Of a stretch of DNA of 28,454 bases, positions 19,119-26,882 are shown one piece after another (position 1 is the first letter of the stretch; each line of letters opens with the position of its first letter). A program made the position numbers and the translations under genes. The notes beneath the pieces were generated by a model that ran no database searches, was not told the origin of the DNA, and saw only the letters and a list, made by a program, of their open reading frames with translations. Source of the DNA: Thermoproteota archaeon (GTDB lineage Archaea; Korarchaeota; Korarchaeia; Korarchaeales; Korarchaeaceae); NCBI GenBank assembly GCA_037917625.1, contig JAVCBY010000014.1, forward strand, positions 1 through 28,454. The letters are read 5' to 3'.

Positions 19119-19895
19119 ATGGGAAAGCTCAAGGCAGGTTTCTACTCTTTGACAGGTTGCCAGGGTGAGTACCTCACTATCTTGGGGATGGAAGACGTAC
19201 TACTGGATCTCCTCAGCTTAGTGGATATAGCTGAGTTCAAGTTAGCTAGCAGCAAGGAGTACGATGGGAAAGTGGATATAGCTTTCGTTGAGGGCTCCGT
19301 CTCCACGGAGAGGGATCTCGAGTACATAAAGAGGATAAGGGAGAACAGCAAGATACTAGTAGCTCTAGGGGATTGCGCCGTCTGGGGAGGGATACAAGCT
19401 TCTACGACTGGGCAGGATTGGAAGGAGCTCATGAGATCCGTTTATAAGACGGAGAGTAACTTATATGGCTTCTTAGGGGAGCATAAAGGGATCCCTGAGG
19501 TAGTTCAAGTGGATTATGAGGTTCAGGGATGCCCTATAGAGGGGAAGGAGTTCGCCAGAGTTTTAATAGATCTCGTGAGGGATGTGAAGCCGGAGCTACC
19601 CGATTACCCCGTTTGCATAGAGTGCAAAGTGAGGGAGATCCCATGCTTGATAGTGGAGAGGGGTCTGCCCTGCTTAGGCCCTATAACTGTGGCTGGCTGC
19701 GATGCTAGATGCCCGTCTTACAATACCGTATGTATAGGCTGCAGAGGGCCCATAAAGGATGAGGCGAACGTATCTGGGGAGTTGGAGATGCTCCTGAGGA
19801 AGGGATATGATAGGGAGAGGATATTGAATTTGATGAGCCTCTTCGGAACCAGGTATAAGGATCTGAGATCTCTCATCGAGGGGGGTAAGTCATGA
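19119..19895 (+). CDS. hydD: Group 3b hydrogenase small (delta) subunit
   Basis: FVEGSV, ALGDCA, VQGCP, PVCIEC, CLGPITVAGC..CP and CIGCRG motifs. Confidence 0.93.
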   Translation: MGKLKAGFYSLTGCQGEYLTILGMEDVLLDLLSLVDIAEFKLASSKEYDGKVDIAFVEGSVSTERDLEYIKRIRENSKILVALGDCAVWGGIQASTTGQDWKELMRSVYKTESNLYGFLGEHKGIPEVVQVDYEVQGCPIEGKEFARVLIDLVRDVKPELPDYPVCIECKVREIPCLIVERGLPCLGPITVAGCDARCPSYNTVCIGCRGPIKDEANVSGELEMLLRKGYDRERILNLMSLFGTRYKDLRSLIEGGKS

Positions 19896-21175
19896 GGGAG
19901 ATATCGGTTGAGCATTTAGCGAGAGTGGAGGGGCATGGGAATATAGAAGTAGTTATAGAGGGCGATGCCATAAAGAGAGCGGTCTTGAGGATATATGAGG
20001 GACCTAGGTTCTTCGAGCGTATATTGATAGGGAAGAGCTACTACGAGGTTCCTGATATAACAGCTAGGATATGTTCCATCTGCCCCGATCCCTATCAAGT
20101 GGCTTCTTCCAGGGCTATAGAGAAAGCGATGGGCATAAAGGTTGATGGGCAAGTTGAAGCTCTGAGGGAGCTCCAGCTAATATCGGATGTGATACACAGT
20201 CATGCCCTCCACCTCTTCTTCCTCGCCCTGCCTGATTTCCTAGGTTATAAGGATGCTATAGGAATGGCAGCGCAATACCCTGAGACTGTGAAACTTGGAC
20301 TGAGAGTTAAGAGAGCTGGGAACGCTATAAAGGAAATCATAACTGGCAGGACAGTCCATGGAGTCGTGACTAAGCCCGGAGGTTACACTAAGGTCCCGAG
20401 AGCTGAGGATCTGGAGAGATTGAGTGAGCAGCTTGAGAGTTCTATTGATGGAGCTAGAGAGGCTGTAAGGGTATTCTCATCCTTGGAGATGCCCGATTAC
20501 GCCTCAGATGATAATTTATATATAGCTGTAGATCCAGGAGAGCATTACGGCTACTCCGTAGATTACCTGCTAGTATCGGATGGGACTAGGCATCCCGTGG
20601 AGAACTACATGAATTTAACGAATGAAGTCACAGTGGAGCATTCCTCAGCTAAGCACTCGAGCTATAAGGGAAGTAGCTTCATGACGGGAGCTCTAGCTAG
20701 GCTCCTCTTAAATGAGAGTAAGCTATACGGTGAGGCCAAGGATTCTTATGAGAGCTTGAGGGATAGAGTAGATCCCAGGAACCCCTTCAGCAACAACATA
20801 GCTCAAGCGATAGAGCTCCTCTACAGCGTCCAGAGGGCTATAGATATAATAGATGGGCTCTTGGATGAGGGGATAAAGGATGAGTTAATGGTAGAAGTCA
20901 AGCCCAGGGCTGGGGAAGGCGTAGCTGTCGTCGAGGCGCCTAGAGGATTGCTCTATCATCATTACAAGCTCGATGATGAAGGTAAGGTTATATTCGCTAA
21001 CCTAGTCACTCCAACAGCTCAGAACGCTGCAAACATGGACAAATATTTGAGGATAGCTGTCAGAAATCTCAAGGATTTGAGAGATGATGAGCTCAAGTTC
21101 AAGTTGGAGATGTTAGTGAGGGCATACGATCCCTGTATCTCTTGCTCAGTCCACTTGACTAGGATCAGGGTATGA
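19892..21175 (+). CDS. hydA: Group 3b [NiFe]-hydrogenase large (alpha) subunit
   Basis: ARVEGHG, L1 RICSIC, EAPRG.L.H, PTAQN, and L2 DPCISCSVH followed by a short cleavable tail. Confidence 0.95.
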   Translation: MREISVEHLARVEGHGNIEVVIEGDAIKRAVLRIYEGPRFFERILIGKSYYEVPDITARICSICPDPYQVASSRAIEKAMGIKVDGQVEALRELQLISDVIHSHALHLFFLALPDFLGYKDAIGMAAQYPETVKLGLRVKRAGNAIKEIITGRTVHGVVTKPGGYTKVPRAEDLERLSEQLESSIDGAREAVRVFSSLEMPDYASDDNLYIAVDPGEHYGYSVDYLLVSDGTRHPVENYMNLTNEVTVEHSSAKHSSYKGSSFMTGALARLLLNESKLYGEAKDSYESLRDRVDPRNPFSNNIAQAIELLYSVQRAIDIIDGLLDEGIKDELMVEVKPRAGEGVAVVEAPRGLLYHHYKLDDEGKVIFANLVTPTAQNAANMDKYLRIAVRNLKDLRDDELKFKLEMLVRAYDPCISCSVHLTRIRV

Positions 21176-21609
21176 GGACATTAGTAATCTGCATCGGGAA
21201 CCCGATGAGATCTGATGATGGGCTGGGCTTCAGGGTATGGGAGGAGTTGAGGGCCAGAGGAGTCGATGCGCTCCTCTCCGGCCCCGATCTCCCCTTGCAA
21301 GTAACTGATTTCGATAGGGTCATCTTGATAGATGCTGTAGACTTCGGAGCTGAGCCGGGGAGCATTTTGGAAGGGAAGATCGATGATCTCGATGTAGTAG
21401 AGGCAAGATATTCAACCCATGGTCTCTCACCCCTGAGCTTCCTCAAGATACTTAAGGAAGCGATGGGCCGGCCTGAGGAGGCCATCCTTATAGGCGTACA
21501 ACCGAGGAGCTTGGGAGAGGGGGAGGGGTTGAGTGAGGAAGTTGAGAGAGCTGTGAGCGAAGTCATCGATAGGGTCATGAGGTTGATGAACTTTGAGGGT
21601 AAAGCCTGA
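21172..21609 (+). CDS. Hydrogenase maturation endopeptidase (HycI/HybD family)
   Basis: IGNPMRSDDGLG, IDAVD..PG and STH motifs. Confidence 0.93.
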   Translation: MRTLVICIGNPMRSDDGLGFRVWEELRARGVDALLSGPDLPLQVTDFDRVILIDAVDFGAEPGSILEGKIDDLDVVEARYSTHGLSPLSFLKILKEAMGRPEEAILIGVQPRSLGEGEGLSEEVERAVSEVIDRVMRLMNFEGKA

Positions 21610-22441
21610 TTGTATCCCTTGCTTCCTCAGGCAGATAGTGAGTGCCCTGAGGCTCTCCTCAATCGATGACTCGAGAATTGAGAGAGCTCAGAGGGAAGTC
21701 ATGACATATCTTCTATCTTTAGATTGGGATTTGAGCCCTCCTGAGATTGATTACGCAGTTCAAAGGATAATAAGGAGATACGCTGGTGGAGATCCTTACA
21801 GGGAGGTCAAGAAGAGGAGTAATGATGAAGCGTTATCCATCTACGGGGAGTGCAAGAGGATAGTGGAGTCCAGCGATGATCCCCTCAGGACTGCTGTCAA
21901 GTTAGCTATAGCTGGCAATGTGATAGATTTCGGGCCTTACACATCATACGATCTCAAGGGGACTATCGATAAAGTTCTTAAATCCGATTTGAGCATAGAT
22001 CACTACCCCCTCCTGGAGGAGAAGTTCCAGAGAGCCTCAAGGATCTTATACTTCTCTGATAATGCTGGAGAGATAGTCCTCGATAAGCTGCTCGTGGAGA
22101 CCATGCTCTCGCTCAGGGAAGTGAGGTTCACTTTCGTCGTGAAGGGAGGGCCTATGATAAATGACGCCACTCTGGAGGACTTCTACTACGTCCTCTCGGA
22201 TATAGATGCTATTGAGGTGAGGACGGTCAGCAATGGGGAGGAGGGAACTGGGCCGGATAGGAGGAGCGAAGAAGTCCTGAAGTGGATTAAGGAGCACGAT
22301 CTCGTCATATCGAAGGGTCAGGGGAACTACGAGATTCTTGGGGAGTTCAATGGGATATTTCACATGCTCTTAGTTAAGTGCCCCGTAGTAGCTGCTGATC
22401 TCAACGCGAGCGTAGGGGATATCGTATTAATTTACAGGTGA
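21593..22441 (+). CDS. DUF89/ARMT1-like damage-control phosphatase
   Basis: CIPC, DPY, AGNVIDF, DNAGE, P.INDAT, SKGQGNYE and KC motifs. Confidence 0.92.
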   Translation: MRVKPDCIPCFLRQIVSALRLSSIDDSRIERAQREVMTYLLSLDWDLSPPEIDYAVQRIIRRYAGGDPYREVKKRSNDEALSIYGECKRIVESSDDPLRTAVKLAIAGNVIDFGPYTSYDLKGTIDKVLKSDLSIDHYPLLEEKFQRASRILYFSDNAGEIVLDKLLVETMLSLREVRFTFVVKGGPMINDATLEDFYYVLSDIDAIEVRTVSNGEEGTGPDRRSEEVLKWIKEHDLVISKGQGNYEILGEFNGIFHMLLVKCPVVAADLNASVGDIVLIYR

Positions 22442-22445
22442 GTGA

Positions 22446-23534
22446 ATGCGTATGCTGACGATAAGGGATGTATTCGATGCCTGCAGGAGGAAAGAAAGTG
22501 AGGGGAAGAGGGTGATAAATGCTCACATAGGTGAGCCCTCCCATGAGCCACCTATCCAATTGAGCGAGATATTGAGGGAGATAGGGGATGTAGGCAGGAA
22601 GTACTTGCCCTTCGTCGGGACTGAAGCCGCTAAGGAGAGCGTATCCCAATTCGGGGATAGGTTCTTAAGGAGGGATTTAGAGAAGGATAGGATATTCATA
22701 ACGAATGGGGGAGCTCAATCCTTACTGATATCCACTTTAGCTGTCTCTAAGATTAGGAAGGGGAAGATACTAGTCCCAGCCCCTGGCTTCCCTCAGTACT
22801 TCGAGCATGCAAACGAATTCGGGTATCAAGTCTCAACATACGATCCTTTAGCTGATGATCTAGTTGATGAGATCTCAAGTAAATTGGAGGGTGTCTCAGG
22901 AGTCTTGATAAACTACCCGAATAATCCGACTGGGCACGTCCCACCTAATTCCGAGCTAGAGGATCTTTGGGATGAGTTGAGGAGGAGGAACGTGCTGCTG
23001 ATAAATGATGCAGCTTACTCTCAGATATACTTCGGTGAGAGAGTCGAGGTAGTTGGGGATGTCATAGCTGATACTTTCAGCAAGACATTCGCCTCACCCG
23101 GACTGAGGATAGGTTACATATATTGGGGAGTTGAGAGGCCCGAGCTAGTCGGCAAGATCCTCTACTTAATGACAGCAGGCGTATCTGAAATTTCCCAGCT
23201 CATTTTGATGAGGATGGTAGAGGCCGCGAGCGATGATTACTTCCGGAAGGTGAGGGAGCACTACTCCAAGCTGAGGGATGAGGTAGTTAGAGAAGCTAGT
23301 AAAACTGGATTGATATTCCCGGAGCCTAGGGGCGCATTTTACCTCTACTCAATGCATCCCGATGTTCTCGATTCCAGTGAGTTAGCGATTAAGCTCCTCA
23401 ACTGGGATCCAGTGGTGGGGATAGTGCCGGCAGCAGCATTCAGAGGGGGGAAGGAGTACTTCAGGATAAGCTACGGAGTCTTAAATGAGAGAGATATAAG
23501 GGAGCTATTCGAGGCGATCCGGGAGGTTACATAA
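22446..23534 (+). CDS. PLP-dependent class I/II aminotransferase, paralog 2
   Basis: Same motif set as 194-1276 (IGEP, NYPNNPTG, DAAY, TFSKTF, PRGAFY). Confidence 0.92.
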   Translation: MRMLTIRDVFDACRRKESEGKRVINAHIGEPSHEPPIQLSEILREIGDVGRKYLPFVGTEAAKESVSQFGDRFLRRDLEKDRIFITNGGAQSLLISTLAVSKIRKGKILVPAPGFPQYFEHANEFGYQVSTYDPLADDLVDEISSKLEGVSGVLINYPNNPTGHVPPNSELEDLWDELRRRNVLLINDAAYSQIYFGERVEVVGDVIADTFSKTFASPGLRIGYIYWGVERPELVGKILYLMTAGVSEISQLILMRMVEAASDDYFRKVREHYSKLRDEVVREASKTGLIFPEPRGAFYLYSMHPDVLDSSELAIKLLNWDPVVGIVPAAAFRGGKEYFRISYGVLNERDIRELFEAIREVT

Positions 23535-23607
23535 TTTTTACTTAAGCACGCTATCTAGATATGAGACTCCCATAGTGAGGGGCATTCCCGATCTTAGGGA
23601 TATTACA

Positions 23608-23648
23608 ACTCGCTTTTGAGAGCGTTTTAGATATATTAAAAAGCGAGT
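23608..23648. promoter_or_regulatory. Promoter with 10-bp inverted-repeat operator upstream of the antitoxin/PIN locus
   Basis: ACTCGCTTTT-N21-AAAAGCGAGT flanks ATATATTAAA, about 27 nt upstream of the ATG at 23667. Confidence 0.6.
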
Positions 23649-23666
23649 CGCGATTCCCATGATGGT

Positions 23667-23888
23667 ATGAGGGTCGAGGAGTGGGAGAGGGAGGATGAGG
23701 AGTTCAGGGAGATAAGGAGGAGTAAGGCTGATTGGGATTTTATAAATGCTCAACCTCCGAATATAAGAGCGGCTTTGCTCTATTTCATTGAGAAGGGGGA
23801 TAGGTATGTGGCCTCGAGGATCGCCGGTCTCTCGCTAGACGAGTTCGATGAGATAAGGAGGAGAGCGAAAATACCGGTGGTGGTTTAG
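23667..23888 (+). CDS. Small putative antitoxin (UPF0175-like HTH C-terminus), copy 1
   Basis: 73 aa with an acidic N-terminus and ASRIAGLSLDEF...IP. Its stop overlaps the GTG start of the PIN gene. Confidence 0.7.
   Translation: MRVEEWEREDEEFREIRRSKADWDFINAQPPNIRAALLYFIEKGDRYVASRIAGLSLDEFDEIRRRAKIPVVV
23677..23802. repeat. 126-bp direct repeat shared by the two antitoxin-like genes (partner at 24724-24849)
   Basis: Offset 1047, with two mismatches, both synonymous. Confidence 0.92.
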
Positions 23889-24702
23889 TGAGAGGAGTAA
23901 CTGATGCTTGTTTTTTAATAGATTGGAGCAGATGTGAGCTACCCAACCCCTGAAGGGTGTGGGCTTCCAGCGTTTAGAGTGGGCTTTGCGCCTACCTCCT
24001 CATCTGCTGGTTCGAGGGGCTCACATCTCCTCCATCCCATAGAGCTCGTTACCCTATGGGCTATTCTCATTTATCCACCTCAGCCGATGCTTCATAGGTC
24101 ATTGGAACATCCTCAAACTACTTGGGCTCTTTAGTTTTTTAAATTTTCGCATTCATCTCATCCATAAATGGTGTGGGTTTTCTGGCGAAAACTTTGATAA
24201 AAGGAGGGAAATACTCGAAAAGCTCTTCGATCTACTTTTGATCCATGAGGAGACTCTTCTACAGCTCAGATCCCCACCAGTTATTGATTATGCTTCCTCC
24301 CTTCTGGCGAGAGGTCTCCTGAGGATCTACCCGTGGTCCTCGGATGATGAGAGGCAATACAGCAAGCTCAGGGAAGAGGTCTCCTTAGATCCGAGGGTAC
24401 CCTCCCTAGAACGCCCAGATCTTCTCTGCTTAGTGATTGCCCATAGGACGGGCTCCATTCTCCTCAGCGAGAATTTAGGAGTCCTGAGGGTGACTCAGTT
24501 CCATCCCCTCTACTCGAGAGTGAATGTCTGGACCTCCTTGGAAGTCCTCGAGAATTCAGTCTACAGAGGGTTGATCAATATTAGCTCAGTAGATGAGTTC
24601 CTCGAGATCGTGAGAGAGTATGAGGAGGACGCGAGGCACATTTTTAATAAGAGAAGGCTCGATATCGTAGTGAAGAGGGTCAGCGGATGGTTGAGGAGAT
24701 AA
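23888..24702 (+). pseudogene. PIN-domain (VapC-like) toxin interrupted by a 263-bp insertion
   Basis: Removing 23934-24196 gives the 183-aa protein MRGVTDACFLIDWSRYKRREILEKLFDLLLIHEETL...LERPDLLCL..A.....LLSEN, with a PIN-type N-terminal Asp motif. Confidence 0.8.
23934..24196 (-). mobile_element. Non-autonomous IS200/IS605-family-derived miniature element (PATE-like), no transposase or TnpB
   Basis: On the minus strand it is inserted immediately 3' of TTTAT, with no target duplication. The left end is CAAAGTTTTCGCCAGAAAAC (hairpin). The right end is GAAGCCCACACCCTTCAGGGGTTGGGTAGCTCAC (subterminal hairpin plus TCAC). Precise removal restores the PIN frame. Confidence 0.8.
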
Positions 24703-24935
24703 AGCCTCCTCCCGAGCTCATTCAGGAGTGGGAGAGGGAGGATGAGGAGTTCAGGGAGATAAGGAGGAGTAAAGCTGATTGGGATTTTATAAATGCTCAA
24801 CCTCCGAATATAAGAGCAGCTTTGCTCTATTTCATTGAGAAGGGGGATATATACAAAGCAGCGAGATTAGCTGGCATGACCATAGGGGAGTTCGATGAAC
24901 ACAGATATAAAGCGAGAATACCCAACATCACATGA
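24687..24935 (+). CDS. Small putative antitoxin, copy 2
   Basis: 82 aa. The core EWEREDEEF...IEKGD is identical to copy 1, the C-terminus (AARLAGMTIGEF...IP) diverges, and the gene overlaps the PIN stop. Confidence 0.7.
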   Translation: MVEEIKPPPELIQEWEREDEEFREIRRSKADWDFINAQPPNIRAALLYFIEKGDIYKAARLAGMTIGEFDEHRYKARIPNIT

Positions 24936-25082
24936 CCCCTCAGTAGTTTAATTCAATACCATTTTCCTCGTAAATTAAGATTTTCCCTAACGATAAACAG
25001 ATCTGAGGCTTAGCATTATGGAGCCTCTCGATGGTCGAGGGAGTTTCATAATTTTTATAATGGTTAGCTCGCGACTGAGCCG

Positions 25083-26846
25083 ATGGGTCCGATACCCCCT
25101 CTAGAGGAGCTGAACCCCGATAGCTTCAGGGAGGCCTTCAGAGAAATTATTGAGATAAAAAGGAGAGCTGGTCTCATTCCAATACTGGATAATCCTCCAG
25201 ACCTCTTCGAGAGAGCTAAACTATATGGGAATCAGTACAAGAACGGCGCCTGGGGGTGGGCATCGAACATCTGGAGCAGGTCAGCAGCTAACACGTCAGT
25301 GGTTAATGATGAGAGTGAGTTGAGGTATGAGCATAAGCTCCTCATGCTGAGAGTATTGGAACACATACTCGCTCAAGGTCCCCTGATAAAAGTAGATGGG
25401 TACGTTGGGAAACCTGGAACTAAAGTTCAGATGCATGCTAGAGTTTATGTTGATCCTCAGTTCCCAGATATAGGATATAGATGGTCTCAACTCGTTTTTC
25501 CAGCACCTCCTGATGAGGATCCAGATGCGGAGCTCTTCGTGATCCCTCACTACCTAGGCAACCCCAAGCTACCTGGCACGGAGAACATGATGATGGTGAT
25601 CAGGTTCCCTTACGCTAACCTCACTATAGTAACGGTATCTTCGTACCAAGGGGAGGTCAAGAAGGGAGTGCTCTGCCACTGGATCAACTTCGTCTACGGT
25701 AAGGGGTGCACGGGGGAGCACGCAGCTCTTAGGGAGTTCACCGTCAAGACAGAAGATGGGAGCTGGAGGAGAGTTGTTATGGCTATATGGGGGCTCACTG
25801 GAAGCGGGAAATCTACTCACAGTTTTTACGCGTGGGATGAGAGGAACTCAAGGATATTCATTGAGAGGTTCGGCATAAATCCCTTGGAATTCGTGAGGGA
25901 TCAAGCGATTAAGAACGATGATATAATAGCGATATGCGATGATGGAGTCTATGGGTCGGAGAGAGGGGCCTGGACTAAGACCGAAGACCTCGATGAGACG
26001 CAGACCGCGATGTGGAGGGGGGCTATGAGCAGTAGAGCCCTCCACGAGAACACTGAGTTCGATGAGATGGGGTTGCCCTCATTCAAGGGGGAGCTCTTCA
26101 CTTACTTCGGTAAGCCGAATAGGAACTCTAGGACCGTCTTATACTTAGAGGACACGGGCTTCTTCGATGATATAGTATCGAGCGGTCCCCTGACTACAGC
26201 TATATTCCTCTCCCCGAGTTACTTCACATCTTACGCTTGGATGAGGGTGAGGGATCCAGCCATCGCAGCGAAGTTCTTAGCAGATGGAAAGACAATAGGG
26301 CACCCAGCTCAATCGAAGGAGCTTGTAGGAAAAGTAAGATACGTTCCAAGGTTTTCAGAGTTCACAATAGGGGTAAGTGATTCTATGCATGTGCTCAGAT
26401 TTTACGAGATGTTGAAGAAGAGGGATATAGAGGTCTACGTCTTCGTCACAACTGGTAGAGTGGGAGCTGAGTATAGGTGGGCCGAGAGGGAGGTAAGAGG
26501 GGTGAAGCTTTCAGTTCCGGAGCCCATATTCGAGGAATCTGATGGTAAGATTAAGGTGAGGGGAGGATCCAAGCCAACTATTGAGGAGGATGAGCTCTTC
26601 ATCCTCCAATCCTCGAGGGGAGTGGTGGAATATGAGCCCCACCCCTTCTGGGGAGATAAAGTGCTGGTCCCCAAGAAGGTCCCAGGGCTGAGCGATTCTA
26701 GGCTCAAGAAACTGAAGCCAACGAGTTATTACAGCATGAAGGAGTTCGAGGAGCTCCTGAGAGCTGAGATAGAGGAAAGTAAGATCTGGCTCAAGTTCAA
26801 CTGTCCGGGGCTACCCGATGAGATAATAAATTCTATGGACTTCTGA
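25083..26846 (+). CDS. pckA: Phosphoenolpyruvate carboxykinase, ATP-type-like (divergent)
   Basis: YQGEVKKG, EHA, Walker A WGLTGSGKST, NDD, ERG..TKT, EN and NSR motifs match the ATP-PEPCK catalytic pattern. Confidence 0.82.
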   Translation: MGPIPPLEELNPDSFREAFREIIEIKRRAGLIPILDNPPDLFERAKLYGNQYKNGAWGWASNIWSRSAANTSVVNDESELRYEHKLLMLRVLEHILAQGPLIKVDGYVGKPGTKVQMHARVYVDPQFPDIGYRWSQLVFPAPPDEDPDAELFVIPHYLGNPKLPGTENMMMVIRFPYANLTIVTVSSYQGEVKKGVLCHWINFVYGKGCTGEHAALREFTVKTEDGSWRRVVMAIWGLTGSGKSTHSFYAWDERNSRIFIERFGINPLEFVRDQAIKNDDIIAICDDGVYGSERGAWTKTEDLDETQTAMWRGAMSSRALHENTEFDEMGLPSFKGELFTYFGKPNRNSRTVLYLEDTGFFDDIVSSGPLTTAIFLSPSYFTSYAWMRVRDPAIAAKFLADGKTIGHPAQSKELVGKVRYVPRFSEFTIGVSDSMHVLRFYEMLKKRDIEVYVFVTTGRVGAEYRWAEREVRGVKLSVPEPIFEESDGKIKVRGGSKPTIEEDELFILQSSRGVVEYEPHPFWGDKVLVPKKVPGLSDSRLKKLKPTSYYSMKEFEELLRAEIEESKIWLKFNCPGLPDEIINSMDF

Positions 26847-26882
26847 TTTTTAATCCTCTCGTCTGAAGTTAGGGGTGATGAT

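Noticed and set aside
23934-24134. 66-aa ORF inside the inserted element
   Set aside because: It has no transposase or TnpB motifs, starts exactly at the element end, and is best explained as a chance frame.
23538-24800. Minus-strand ORFs 23538-23753 and 24561-24800 with similar N-termini
   Set aside because: They are antisense shadows of the duplicated antitoxin core.
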